64,000 bases of DNA, from contig CAUVXB020000002.1 of the NCBI GenBank assembly GCA_963555825.3, forward strand, positions 3,552,001-3,616,000, written 5' to 3'. Below are positions 30,781-41,136 of the stretch, one piece after another. The notes below the pieces were generated by a model that did not search any database, was not told the DNA's origin, and saw only the letters and a program-made list of their open reading frames with translations. Every line of letters starts with the position of its first letter. The stretch's first letter is position 1. Both the position numbers and the translations under genes were made by a program. Source of the stretch: Alphaproteobacteria bacterium. GTDB taxonomy: Bacteria; Pseudomonadota; Alphaproteobacteria; JAAXGF01.

Positions 30781-31617
30781 ATGGCCACGCGCGACGCCCA
30801 GGAATCACCGGCGCCCAGACCCACGGTCGACGATATCATTCGATCGCGGCGCCAGAACCGCTACGCCAAGGGCGCATTCTATGTGCTGCTTTTGATCATG
30901 GTGGTGTGGAGCATCAAAGTCACCGTGATCGAGGACACGGATTGGGCGCGGATCGGCTCCGTGGGGAAAGTGATCGAAGCGGCCAACCGCTTCATCGGAA
31001 TCGATTTTTCACTGTTCCCATCGCTCATTGGGCCGACCATCGAAACCCTGATGATCGCCTGTCTGGGGACCTTGCTGGGGGTCTTTCTGTGCATTCCCGC
31101 GGCCTGGTTCGGGGCCCACAACATCACGCCTTACAAACCCATCACCTATCCCCTGGCGCGCCTGATGATGACCCTCAGCCGCTCCATTCACGAGATCGTC
31201 TGGGCCCTGTTCTTCGTCGCCGCCGTCGGCCTCGGCGCCCTCGCCGGGGTTCTCGCCCTGGCCGTCCGTTCGATCGGATTTATCGCCAAGATGTCCGCCG
31301 AGGCCATCGAGGATATCGACCCGGGGCCTGTGGAAGCGATTCGTGCGGTCGGCGGCAATGACTTCCAGGTGATGATCTACGGCATCCTGCCCCAGGTGCT
31401 GCCCCAGGTGCTCAGCGTCGTCGTCTTCGAATGGGAAATCAACATCCGCCGTTCGGCGATCCTGGGATTGGTCGGCGCCGGAGGTCTGGGTTTGGTCTTC
31501 TTCCGGCAGATGAACACCTTCAACTACTACGGCGTGACCTCGGTCATTATCGCCATCCTGTTCCTGATTCTGCTGGGCGAGGTATTTTCTTATTACTCCC
31601 GAAAGGCGGTGATCTGA
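30781..31617 (+). CDS. phnE: Phosphonate ABC transporter permease
   Basis: RSIHEIVWALFF, EAIEDID.GPVEAIRAVG, LGLVGAGGLG. Confidence 0.9.
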   Translation: MATRDAQESPAPRPTVDDIIRSRRQNRYAKGAFYVLLLIMVVWSIKVTVIEDTDWARIGSVGKVIEAANRFIGIDFSLFPSLIGPTIETLMIACLGTLLGVFLCIPAAWFGAHNITPYKPITYPLARLMMTLSRSIHEIVWALFFVAAVGLGALAGVLALAVRSIGFIAKMSAEAIEDIDPGPVEAIRAVGGNDFQVMIYGILPQVLPQVLSVVVFEWEINIRRSAILGLVGAGGLGLVFFRQMNTFNYYGVTSVIIAILFLILLGEVFSYYSRKAVI

Positions 31618-32441
31618 TGAGCCGGGCCGTGGAACCACAGCGGGAGTGGCGCCGCTTCAAGTATCCGGACTCGGTGATCCGTTACGGCGTTTGGGTCTTC
31701 ATACTGGTTTTCCTCGTCTATACGGTCGAGTACCTAGAAATTCCCCTGGATCGTTTGTTCGGCATGTTTGGGCGCATGGGCTCGACCCTCGCCAACAGGT
31801 ACTATCCGCCGGACATCGAATACATCATGGACCGGGACTACTTGGAATATGTCATCGAGACCGTTCAGATGGCGTATCTGGGTGCGTTGTTCGGACTCCT
31901 GGCGTCGGTGCCGCTCGGTTGGTTCGGTTCCTACAACATGACCCCGAGCCGCCGTTTCGTCTATCCGGTGGCGCGGCTCATCACCATGGCCTGTCGCGCC
32001 GTGCATGAGATGATTTGGGCGATCCTGTTCGTCACCATCATCGGTTTCGGCATGCTGCCGGGCGTCATGGCGCTGATGTTCTTCTGCACCGGTTTTGCCG
32101 GCAAGCTGTTCGCCGAGGAGATCGAGGCTATCGATATGGGTCTGGTGGACGCCATGCGGGCCAGCGGCGCCAATCTGTTTCAGATCATGCTGTTCGGCGT
32201 CTTCCCCCAGGTCCGGGTCGCCTTTACCGGCATCGCCATCTATACCTGGGACGTGTCGTTCCGGGCGGCCACGGTGGTCGGCTTCTTCGGCGCCGGCGGC
32301 ATGGGCTGGTACCTGAAGCGCAACATCCTCCAGATCGAGACCGAACGGGTCGCCGCGATCCTGCTCTCCATTCTCGCCTTGGTGCTGGTCTCGGAGGCCC
32401 TCTCCGCCTGGGCGCGCGCCCGGGTCATGAAAATGAAATAA
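31617..32441 (+). CDS. phnE: Phosphonate ABC transporter permease (second)
   Basis: TGATG overlap; RAVHEMIWA, GKLFAEEIE, GFFGAGGMG. Confidence 0.9.
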   Translation: MSRAVEPQREWRRFKYPDSVIRYGVWVFILVFLVYTVEYLEIPLDRLFGMFGRMGSTLANRYYPPDIEYIMDRDYLEYVIETVQMAYLGALFGLLASVPLGWFGSYNMTPSRRFVYPVARLITMACRAVHEMIWAILFVTIIGFGMLPGVMALMFFCTGFAGKLFAEEIEAIDMGLVDAMRASGANLFQIMLFGVFPQVRVAFTGIAIYTWDVSFRAATVVGFFGAGGMGWYLKRNILQIETERVAAILLSILALVLVSEALSAWARARVMKMK

Positions 32442-32576
32442 CCGGGCCGGACAGCAAACTGAGAACGGCAGAGCAATAATCCCCCACTGAAGCGGCCGGT
32501 CGATCCGGCTGCGGCGGACCAAAATGGGACCGCGTATAGCCTTCTGTCAGGGTTGCTCTGACTGGAAGGCGGGGGG

Positions 32577-34076
32577 ATGTATCGGGTGGAGATGTACGCG
32601 CGGGTCCGGCGGGCGTGTCGTGTCGAGGGAATGAGCACCCGCGAGGCCTCGCGGGTGTTCGGGCTGGACCGCAAGACGGTACGCAAGATGCTGTCGTTCT
32701 CGGTGCCGCCGGGGTATCGCCGAAGCGCGCCGCCGAGGCGGCCAAAGCTGGGTCCGTTCGCGGGAATCATCGATCGGATCTTGGAAGACGATCGGACCAG
32801 CCACCGCAAGCAACGGCACACGGCGAAGCGGATCTTCGACCGTCTCCGGGACGAGTACGGGTTCACCGGCGGCTACACCATCGTGAAGGACTATGTTCGT
32901 GAGCAGGGGCTTCGGTCGCGTGAGGTGTTCGTGCCACTCTCCCATTCCCCCGGTCACGCCCAGGCGGACTTCGGCGAAGCGATGGCGGTGATCGGCGGCG
33001 CGTTACGGAAGATCCACTTCCTTGCCTTCGACCTTCCCCACAGTGATGGTTGCTTTGTTGCGGCCTATCCGGCGGAGACGACCGAAGCATTCTGCGATGG
33101 CCACAACGCGGCGTTTGCCTTCTTCGGCGGCGTCCCCCGATCCATCCTGTACGACAACACCAAGCTGGCGGTTGCCCGGATCCTGGGCGATGGGAAGCGG
33201 CAGCGAACGCGCGTCTTCACGGAGCTTCAGTCCCACTATCTGTTCGAGGACAGGTTCGGCCGGCCGGGCAAGGGCAACGACAAGGGCAAGGTCGAGGGAC
33301 TGGTCGGCTTCATCCGGCGGAACTTCCTGGTCCCCGTCCCGCGGGCCGAGAGCTTCGAGGCCCTCAACGATGCTCTCGCGGGACAGTGCCGCCGGCGCCA
33401 GGCGGCGCGGCTGCGGGGTCACAAGGAGACCATCGGCGAGCGCCTCGCACGGGACCGGGAAGCCTTCTTGCCTCTACCCCCGGCACCATACGATGCCTGC
33501 GACAAGCGCCCTGGACGGGTGAGCTCGCTGTCGCTGGTGCGCTGCCGGGGCAACGACTACTCGGTGCCCGTGGCCTATGGCCACCGCGAGGTGCTGATCC
33601 GGTGCTACGTCGACGAGGTCGTTATCTCTTGCGGCGCGGAGGTGATTGCCCGGCACCGCCGGTCCTACGACAGCGAGGACCTGATCTTCGACCCGCTGCA
33701 TTACCTACCCTTGATCGAGCAGAAGATCGGCGCCCTCGACCAGGCCGCGCCATTGGCGGGCTGGGACCTGCCCGAGGCCTTCATCACTCTGCGGCGGCTC
33801 CTCGAAGCTCGTATGGGCAAGGCAGGCAAGCGCGAGTACGTCCAGGTGCTCCGTCTACTGGAGACCTTCCGGCTCGAGGAGGTCGAGGGTGCGGTCGGCG
33901 ACGCCCTGCGGCTCGGCGCAATCGGCTTTGATGCGGTGAAGCACCTGGTACTGTGCCGCATCGAGCGGCGGCCGCCCAGACTCAACCTCGACGTCTATCC
34001 GTATCTGCCGCGCGCCCGGGTCGCGACGACGTCTGCCAAGTCGTACATGAGCCTGCTGTCGGGGCTCGGCGCATGA
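32577..34076 (+). CDS. istA: IS21 transposase
   Basis: AQADFG, LYDN, KGKVE, NDYSVP. Confidence 0.93.
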   Translation: MYRVEMYARVRRACRVEGMSTREASRVFGLDRKTVRKMLSFSVPPGYRRSAPPRRPKLGPFAGIIDRILEDDRTSHRKQRHTAKRIFDRLRDEYGFTGGYTIVKDYVREQGLRSREVFVPLSHSPGHAQADFGEAMAVIGGALRKIHFLAFDLPHSDGCFVAAYPAETTEAFCDGHNAAFAFFGGVPRSILYDNTKLAVARILGDGKRQRTRVFTELQSHYLFEDRFGRPGKGNDKGKVEGLVGFIRRNFLVPVPRAESFEALNDALAGQCRRRQAARLRGHKETIGERLARDREAFLPLPPAPYDACDKRPGRVSSLSLVRCRGNDYSVPVAYGHREVLIRCYVDEVVISCGAEVIARHRRSYDSEDLIFDPLHYLPLIEQKIGALDQAAPLAGWDLPEAFITLRRLLEARMGKAGKREYVQVLRLLETFRLEEVEGAVGDALRLGAIGFDAVKHLVLCRIERRPPRLNLDVYPYLPRARVATTSAKSYMSLLSGLGA

Positions 34077-34837
34077 CCGACACACGGCAGGTGCTGCTCG
34101 TCCACCACCTCAAGAGGCTGAAGCTGCCGACGTTCCTGAGGGAGTACGACAAGATCGCCCGGCAGTGTGCCTCGGAAGGCGTCGACCACGTTCGCTATCT
34201 TCTGCGTCTTGCCGAGCTCGAGCTGATCGACCGCGAGCGCCGCATGGTCGAGCGGCGCATCAAGGCGGCGCGCTTCCCCGTGATCAAGAGCCTCGATAGC
34301 TTCGACTTCAAGGTCATCCCCTCGCTCAACAAGGCGCTGGTCCTGGAGCTGGCCCGCTGCGAGTACATCGAGCGCCGCGAGAACCTCATCGCGCTCGGCA
34401 ACAGCGGCACCGGCAAGACCCACATCGCCCTCGGTCTCGGCTTGGCGGCCTGCCAGAAGGGCCTCTCGGTCGGCTTCATCACCGCCGCCGCACTGGTCCA
34501 CGAGCTCATCGAGGCCCGCGATGACAAGCAGCTGCTGAGGTTCCAGAAGAAGCTCGCCACCTACAAGCTTCTGATCGTCGACGAACTCGGCTTCGTGCCG
34601 CTGTCCAAGACCGGTGCCGAGCTCCTGTTCGAGGTGTTCAGCCAGCGCTACGAGCGGGGCTCGACCCTGGTCACCACCAATCTGCCCTTCGACGAATGGA
34701 CCGAGGTGTTCGGCTCCGAGCGGCTTACCGGCGCTCTCCTCGACCGCCTCACCCACCACGTCAACATCCTCGAGATGAATGGCGAGAGCTACAGGCTCAA
34801 CCAGAGCCGCAGGCGTCAAACCCCGACGGCGAACTGA
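34073..34837 (+). CDS. istB: IS21 helper ATPase
   Basis: GNSGTGKTH, IVDELG, ALLDRLTHH. Confidence 0.93.
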   Translation: MTDTRQVLLVHHLKRLKLPTFLREYDKIARQCASEGVDHVRYLLRLAELELIDRERRMVERRIKAARFPVIKSLDSFDFKVIPSLNKALVLELARCEYIERRENLIALGNSGTGKTHIALGLGLAACQKGLSVGFITAAALVHELIEARDDKQLLRFQKKLATYKLLIVDELGFVPLSKTGAELLFEVFSQRYERGSTLVTTNLPFDEWTEVFGSERLTGALLDRLTHHVNILEMNGESYRLNQSRRRQTPTAN

Positions 34838-35205
34838 ACCGACCACCCAACCCACGCTTGACCCCGTGGGCCCACAGGTCCCTCCCGCGCGCGCCGCCGC
34901 GTCGGCCTGTTGAGGGCACGCCGCGTCGCACGCGGGGCCCTCCCATGGACTAGGGGACAAGCCCGCAGCCGCCAAGTGGTCCCTTCTTACACCGCCACGG
35001 TGGTCCCTTTTCGCTCCGCCATTGACAGTCGTACGGCTCATCAGCGATGCCGAGGAACGCACGCGGCAGAACGACCGCTTGGCGCTCAGATATGGCGGAT
35101 GACAAGAGATCGTCGTCACTGCACGCTTCCTGGCTTGGGAATTCCACTTTTAACCCACTTCGGAAATCACGTATGAATGGGCTGATGGCTACGGGAGAGT
35201 GTGCG

Positions 35206-36141
35206 TCAGGATTCTCCGCTTTTCTTTTTCTTCCAGCGGCTCGGCCTTGGCGGGAGCGATTTAAGGTAAGCTGCGATAGCCTCACGATCTTCGTCAGTCA
35301 GTTTTGCCATGTTCTCCTGCACTTGGATCATGGAACCACCGAACGTATCAAAATCTGGCAGTATCCCGGTCTTGAGTGCAATGGCGATATCGTCGATCGA
35401 CCATTCGCCGATGCCTTGCTCATGCGGTGTGATATTGGGAATGAAGGCCTTGCCATCAGGCTCTGGTCCCCCTGCGAAGGCCCAACCCGCTTCCGGTCCG
35501 CCAACGAGATTGCGCGGTGTGTGGCATTCACCGCAATGACCGAGTCCATTCACCAAATACGCCCCACGGTTTACCTGCCTGTCGGCGTTCGGAATGGGGG
35601 TGAAGGGTTCATAATCCATGAACAGCATCTTCCACAGTCCAAGCCCACGGCGCCAGCGGAATAGCAGCGGCAGATCGTGTGGTGGCGCATCGTTGGTCAT
35701 GGCAGGCAATGTGTCGAAAAAGGCTTTAAGATCCACAACATCGGCAACCCTCATTCGCTGATACGACATATAGGGAAATGCCGGATAGTAATGGCTGCCG
35801 TCAGCCGATACTCCGCGCATCACGGCATTGAGAAATTGCGCGGTGGTCCAACCGCCGATGCCATGTGTCTTGTCGGTTGAGATGTTGGGCGCATAGAAGG
35901 TGCCGAATGGAGTTTTGAGGCCCAGACCGCCGGTAAGCTCGAGCTTTTGATCGCCCTTGGCGCCGGGAGCGGCATGGCATGAGGCACACCCCGATGCATG
36001 GAAGACATACTCGCCCCTGGTAGGATCGCCGCCATCTGCCGGCAGATCGCGAGCTGAGATGATCTGCGGCCTAGTAAGGACTGAAACGATAATCAGGCCC
36101 GTTGCACCAAGCAAAACTAGCGCGATCAGAAATTTTTGCAT
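35206..36141 (-). CDS. Membrane-anchored diheme cytochrome c
   Basis: N-terminal TM helix; CASCH and CGECH; PNIST, YYPAFPY. Confidence 0.88.
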   Translation of the reverse strand: MQKFLIALVLLGATGLIIVSVLTRPQIISARDLPADGGDPTRGEYVFHASGCASCHAAPGAKGDQKLELTGGLGLKTPFGTFYAPNISTDKTHGIGGWTTAQFLNAVMRGVSADGSHYYPAFPYMSYQRMRVADVVDLKAFFDTLPAMTNDAPPHDLPLLFRWRRGLGLWKMLFMDYEPFTPIPNADRQVNRGAYLVNGLGHCGECHTPRNLVGGPEAGWAFAGGPEPDGKAFIPNITPHEQGIGEWSIDDIAIALKTGILPDFDTFGGSMIQVQENMAKLTDEDREAIAAYLKSLPPRPSRWKKKKSGES

Positions 36142-36378
36142 GACCGCCCCTATCCAGATGTGGCAACCGTCACAAAATCAGGTCTTCACGATCCGGGACG
36201 TATCGTGACATCCAATCGCGATCTCGCGCGACCGTCCTTCGCGGAGAATCGTGAAACGGGTCAATGCAGCTTGAAGGTTACCATCACATATGTCGCACCA
36301 ACGCTCGGCATCCGCTGAAGATTTTTTTCGGCGCCTTCAACGTTCTAGAGAATGTCAGTTTTGGTGGAGTTCCTCCAG

Positions 36379-36873
36379 TCAGAATTCCTTGGCCCGGAAT
36401 GGTTTATGGCAGCCGCCACATGTTTTGCCGAGCGCACCGACTGCAGCAGCGAGCGCCGGCTGTCCGTTACCAACCTCATTGCCGAGGGCAGCGACCGCAC
36501 CCTGAAAATCAGTGAATGCCTTGGCGAACTCGTTCATGTCCTCCCAGATTTTCGGTTGTGCGCGGGTTTTTCCGGGACGGTCCGCATTTGATGTGCCGGA
36601 CATAAACAATCCTGCCACCGGATATTGTGAGATGATTTTCAAATTTGCTGCGTGTGTCTTCGCTGCATCGGCGTCGTATGACACTTCACCCTTTGCCATG
36701 CCGAACAGCGGACCCGCCTCCCAAACTACGAGCTTCATATAACCTTGGCGTATCGCGATTGCCTTGGCCTCAGTGTCTGGCTTGTCTTGAGCCATCGCAA
36801 TTGTTGGCACAAAGAATACAGCAAAACAAAGCGCTACGGCGCCCAGACTTCTCAGTCCTTTCGAAACACGCAT
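36379..36873 (-). CDS. Class II cytochrome c (c'/c556)
   Basis: Signal peptide; RQGYM; C-terminal CGGCH. Confidence 0.88.
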   Translation of the reverse strand: MRVSKGLRSLGAVALCFAVFFVPTIAMAQDKPDTEAKAIAIRQGYMKLVVWEAGPLFGMAKGEVSYDADAAKTHAANLKIISQYPVAGLFMSGTSNADRPGKTRAQPKIWEDMNEFAKAFTDFQGAVAALGNEVGNGQPALAAAVGALGKTCGGCHKPFRAKEF

Positions 36874-36897
36874 CTCCGTTTCCTTTCTGCGTTTGAT

Positions 36898-37782
36898 CCG
36901 ATATTTCCCAGATAGCATTCGTATCGTAGCAAATCGTAGGCGACCCCGACCACCGATGAAAGGAATTTCGCTCTGCGGTCATTCGGCAGCCCCGATTTGA
37001 TGATTTGGCCGTTGTTGGAAGGCCATTTGGCAAAGATTTCCACCATCCAGACACACCTCTCCTGTCTTTTCCACCTTGCCGTCAATTTCCTCGGCCTACG
37101 CCGGAACGGGGCTTCGGCGTAGATCATCAATCAAGGCCAAGATTTTCTGGAACAAGATTTTCGACACGGCGACCTCGGCCAGTTGGAACGTGACATAACG
37201 GCCATGGCGGACAACTTTGGCCCCGATCTTCACCAGCTTTTCCCGTAGCGTGGTCAGCGACCAGTGTTCCACCTCCTTCGGCAATGCAAGCGTCCGCATG
37301 AAGTTGCCCAGATTGTAAGCCAGGGCGTGAAACTGGAGCCGAACCTCGTTGTTGCGGAACTTGCTGCATGACAGCCGGGTCCACTTGATGGCGTATTTGC
37401 CTTCCTTGATGTACTGCTCCGCTGTCCCACGGTGATTATAAAACGCCACCACCCGTTCGGCGGGCCGCGACAGGTTGGTGACAATAAAGCCGACGCGGGG
37501 GCACAACTCGCCGGGGTGCCATTCCACCTTGGCCACCACGCGCCGCTTCCTGTCCCAACTTCCAGCCTGATACCTGAAGCTGGCGTAATAGCGCCGCACA
37601 TGGTTCGGCGGACGACCGACGGGGCGGGTCAGCAGGTGGGCAATGCTTTCCTGAAGAATTTGGTTCTTCGGCAACCGGATCGCGTAGAGAAAACCCTCAC
37701 TTTCCAGGAGCTCGTAGATGTCCGGTGCGGCAAAGGCGGCGTCCCCTCGGAAGTAGCGGCGCAGGTTCCGTTCCCGATAACG
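36898..37782 (-). pseudogene. IS1380-family element, 5'-truncated copy 2
   Basis: C-terminal transposase half (stop at 37096) and right end CCGATATTTCCCAGAT. Confidence 0.88.
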
Positions 37783-37935
37783 TGCTACAATACACTTGAT
37801 ACAGTCGACGGCTCCCACTTGGAGGCATCGCGAAGTACCAAAATATGGTGCCATTGTGGAGTAACGAAAGTCTTCTTGTGACGTAGTGGACGGCTCCCAC
37901 CCGCCGGCTCCTAAGTTCCATTTTTCGGTGTGATT
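37783..37935 (+). mobile_element. Possible IS110-family end remnants
   Basis: Two copies of GACGGCTCCCAC abutting the IS1380 breakpoint. Confidence 0.35.
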
Positions 37936-37948
37936 TAACGCACCGCTA

Positions 37949-38068
37949 ATGTCCGACTCTGGCTAGAATCGGAAGTCCGGCCGCCCGAAATCGAAGTCTG
38001 CTTTACCCCCGAAAGCAGACGAAACCGAGGGTAGCCGCCGGAGTCCGTACCTGACCCCAAGGAGACAA
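37949..38068. repeat. Alphaproteobacterial REP/MITE-like palindromic element
   Basis: Stem-loop GTCTGCTTT-ACCCCCG-AAAGCAGAC at 37996-38020; resembles the 'SALPPKAD'-type interspersed repeat (from memory). Confidence 0.5.
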
Positions 38069-38283
38069 ATCGGGCCAGAGCGTCGGATATCAAATTTGTA
38101 ACTTTGGTCGTTGCCGCTTTGCGGTTGCAGTCCAAAATTCGAGACCGTCGGGTGGCGATCTCTCTTTGTAGCTCAGGGGAAGACTTCCGTCTGGTCACGT
38201 GGCCGCATGATAATCGGCATAAAGCTCCGGAACCCGAATCACTTCATTTGACCGGATACATCGAGAGAGATATCCAACACACC

Positions 38284-39569
38284 CAGGGCAGTTCAGCGCT
38301 CTCGATTTGAGGTGAGTCCGATATGCCACAGGTTGGAGGCATAATGGGTTTGGCTACAAGATGTGGGGTTCTCTCGGCACGATCCATGTGAATCTATCGC
38401 TGGCAACCGAAACCAAGGACGGTTGCCATGGACACCGCATTCACCCACCTTCTCGCCATGCTGGGCGGTATCGCCGATCCCCGTCGGGCTGAAGGCAAGC
38501 TTTACGGGCTGCCCCACGTGTTTCTGTTCTCGATCCTCGCGGTCATGGCGGGGGCCAATTCCTACCGCGCGATCCACAGCTTCATCGATGTCCACCTGCA
38601 CCGGCTCAAGGAGACCTTCGAGCTGAACTGGAGGCGCGCACCCGCCTACACTACGGTGCGCGGGATCCTTCAGGGTCTTGCGGCGGCCGACGTCGAGAAG
38701 GTGTTCCGTCTGCACGCGCAGATCCTCAACGAGAGCGCCGCGTGCCAAGGCATGCGCGTGGTCGCCTTCGACGGCAAGACGTTGCGCGGCAGCTTCGACA
38801 AGTTCACCGACACCCGGCCGGCCCACTTGGTCAGCGCCTTCGCCGCCGATAGCGCCCTGGTGCTGGGCCATCTCGAGATCGACGACAAGTCCAACGAGAT
38901 CCCGGCCGTCCAGCGCCTGCTCGGCGAACTCGGGCTGGCCAACAGCGTGGTCACCGTGGATGCGCTGCATTGTCAAAAAAACCTTCGAACGCGCCGCTGA
39001 AAGGAGCTTGCGCCTCATCGCCCAGGTGAAGGCCAACCAGCCGACCCTTTTCGGCGACGTGCAACGGCTATGCGACGAGCGCGAGCCGCTCGACCGCCAT
39101 GAGACCATCGACGCCGCGCGGGCGCGACACGAGACGCGCCACGTCGAGGTCTTCGATGCGGGCACCCATTTCCGCGACACCGAATGGGCACCCTTTATCG
39201 CCGCCGTCATTCGGGTCCACCGCCGCCGCCTCGAACGCGACACCGCGACCGGCCTCTGGAACTTGGCCAGCGAAACCTCCTACCACGTGTCGAACGCCGT
39301 GTTCTCCGCCCACGCCGCCGGCGGCGCCATCCGGGCACACTGGGGGATTGAAAACCGGCACCACTATCCGCGTGATGTCACCATGGGCGAGGACGCCTGT
39401 CGCGTCCGCAAAAACCCCGGCATTCTCGCTCGCATCCGCAGTTTCGCCGCCAACATCATGCGCGCCAACAACGTCGCCAACATGACCGACGCGCGATATC
39501 GAAATGCCATCGGCGGACTCGACCGGTTGTTCAGCTATCACACGAAGTAATGAGCGTTGAACAGCCCTG
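38284..39569 (+). mobile_element. ISAs1-family element
   Basis: IRs CAGGGCAGTTCAGCGCTC / GAGCGTTGAACAGCCCTG. Confidence 0.88.
38428..39550 (+). CDS. ISAs1 family transposase, frameshifted at the A7 run 38975-38981
   Basis: DPR, FDGKTLRGS, KSNEIP, DALHCQK / VKANQP, HWGIEN. Confidence 0.85.
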
Positions 39570-39599
39570 AAAACGTACCCGTCCCAGTCACCGCTCGCC

Positions 39600-39815
39600 T
39601 GCATAGGATCTGTTGGTGCAGGCCTTTGGCCTGCTGGCCCTGATGGAATCAGCCGATCCGCGCCTCATTCTCCTCATGGGCTTGTTGCCCGAGCGTCCGT
39701 GCAGGCTGAGCGGACCGCGGTCTGACCTGTTCGCCATCACATCTTGTCGTACCTTGCGCAACCTTCTGATGTGCTACCTCCCGTCTCGATTCCTGATTAC
39801 TGTCGTCAAACGCGC
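39600..39815 (-). ncRNA. Putative IS1111-type seekRNA/bridge RNA non-coding region
   Basis: Non-coding region directly downstream of the IS110-family transposase, where IS1111-group elements encode their guide RNA; boundaries are approximate. Confidence 0.45.
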
Positions 39816-40841
39816 TTAGGCCGCCTGGCTGACGAATGTCGGTTGGTACGTCCGGTCATGGGCCAGCAAGGCCCAGATCGTGCGCGCCGTCTTGTTGGCG
39901 AGAGCGACGACGACGACGTTCGCCGGCCGCCGCTCGGCCAAGCGCAACGCCCATTCGGGCGGCGCCTTGGCCTTGTTGAGTACCGTACGAGCGCCATGGA
40001 TCAGCAGCGTGCGAAGGTAAGTGTCCCCGCGCTTTGAGATGCCGAGCATGCGCACCCGCCCGCCGGTGCCGCGGTGGCGGGGCACCAGCCCGAGCCAGGC
40101 GGCAAACTCCCGGCCGGACTTGAATGCAGAGGGATCGCCCATCGCGGCAATCGTGGCCGTCGCGGTCAGCACCCCGACGCCGGGGATCTCAGCGATCCGC
40201 CGACTGGCTGGGTTGTTCCGATGCCACAGCTTGAGACGCCGTTCGATCTCGCCGATCTCCTCATCCAGCCGGCCCACGCGTGCCCATTGCTCGCGCAAGG
40301 TCTCCACAACCATCGCCGACAGACGCTCAGAGACCCGCTCCAGCGCAATGCCGATCCCACGCCTCATCCCGGCACGGCCTTGCGGCATGACTTCGCCATA
40401 CTCAGTCAGCAGGCCGCGCAGACCATTGATTTGCGCAGTGCGGTATTTCACCAGCTGCTGGCGCATGCGATGCAGCGCGAGGATCCCCTGCTGCTCTTCG
40501 CTCTTGATCGCGACCGTCTTGATGCCCGGCTGCTGCACCGCCGTCCAGATCGCGCGTGCGTCGTGCGCATCGTTCTTGTTGCCGCCCACGAAGGGCCGGA
40601 CCATTTTCGCCGGCAACAGCCGAACCTCGTGACCGAGCTCCTGCAGGCTGCGTGCCCAATGCTGCGAACCGCCGCAGGCCTCCATCGCCACCAGGCAAGG
40701 CGCGCGGTTAGCGAAGTGCTCCAGGAACTTCGCGCGCGTCAGCCTCAGATCCACGATCTCACCCGTCTCTATATCCACCCAGTGCAGTTGAAACACCCGC
40801 TTCGCCGTATCCACACCCACGACCGTTCTGTTAGTCTTCAT
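39816..40841 (-). CDS. IS110 family (IS1111 group) transposase
   Basis: GVDTAK, MEAC, KNDAHDA (DEDD), IPGVG, AWLGLVP. Confidence 0.93.
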   Translation of the reverse strand: MKTNRTVVGVDTAKRVFQLHWVDIETGEIVDLRLTRAKFLEHFANRAPCLVAMEACGGSQHWARSLQELGHEVRLLPAKMVRPFVGGNKNDAHDARAIWTAVQQPGIKTVAIKSEEQQGILALHRMRQQLVKYRTAQINGLRGLLTEYGEVMPQGRAGMRRGIGIALERVSERLSAMVVETLREQWARVGRLDEEIGEIERRLKLWHRNNPASRRIAEIPGVGVLTATATIAAMGDPSAFKSGREFAAWLGLVPRHRGTGGRVRMLGISKRGDTYLRTLLIHGARTVLNKAKAPPEWALRLAERRPANVVVVALANKTARTIWALLAHDRTYQPTFVSQAA

Positions 40842-41136
40842 CTCGGATCCTCCGGTTTGCCTGCGAAGAGCTTGCTCTTCCCACTTGGCATTTTGATGCC
40901 GCCGGCCCGTGAGGGTCCACCTCAGTCCTCCCGTCGTCCGACATCAGGGGTGGGAGGCGTCCATTCCATTCTCCTTCGTTGATCGAATGCACCCTGCGTG
41001 CGTTTCTTCCTGGCGCTTATGACGCCGTTAGATGGGGGCGTCCACTCCATCGCACCTTGGTCTTGTCGTGTCGGGGACTCCCTTCGTCCGATGAACGACG
41101 CTATCGCGATCTGGTCGCCAGCGCGACCAGGCCGGA

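Larger units (their letters stand above)
32460..35027 (+). mobile_element. IS21-family element, copy 1
   Basis: TGAGAACGGC... left end shared with 60682; right end GTGGTCCCTT repeats ...ATTGACA; istA and istB. Confidence 0.88.

Noticed and set aside
38971-38986. ISAs1 frameshift as a novel feature
   Set aside because: A-run slippage is common in IS transposases, and it could equally be a simple inactivating indel
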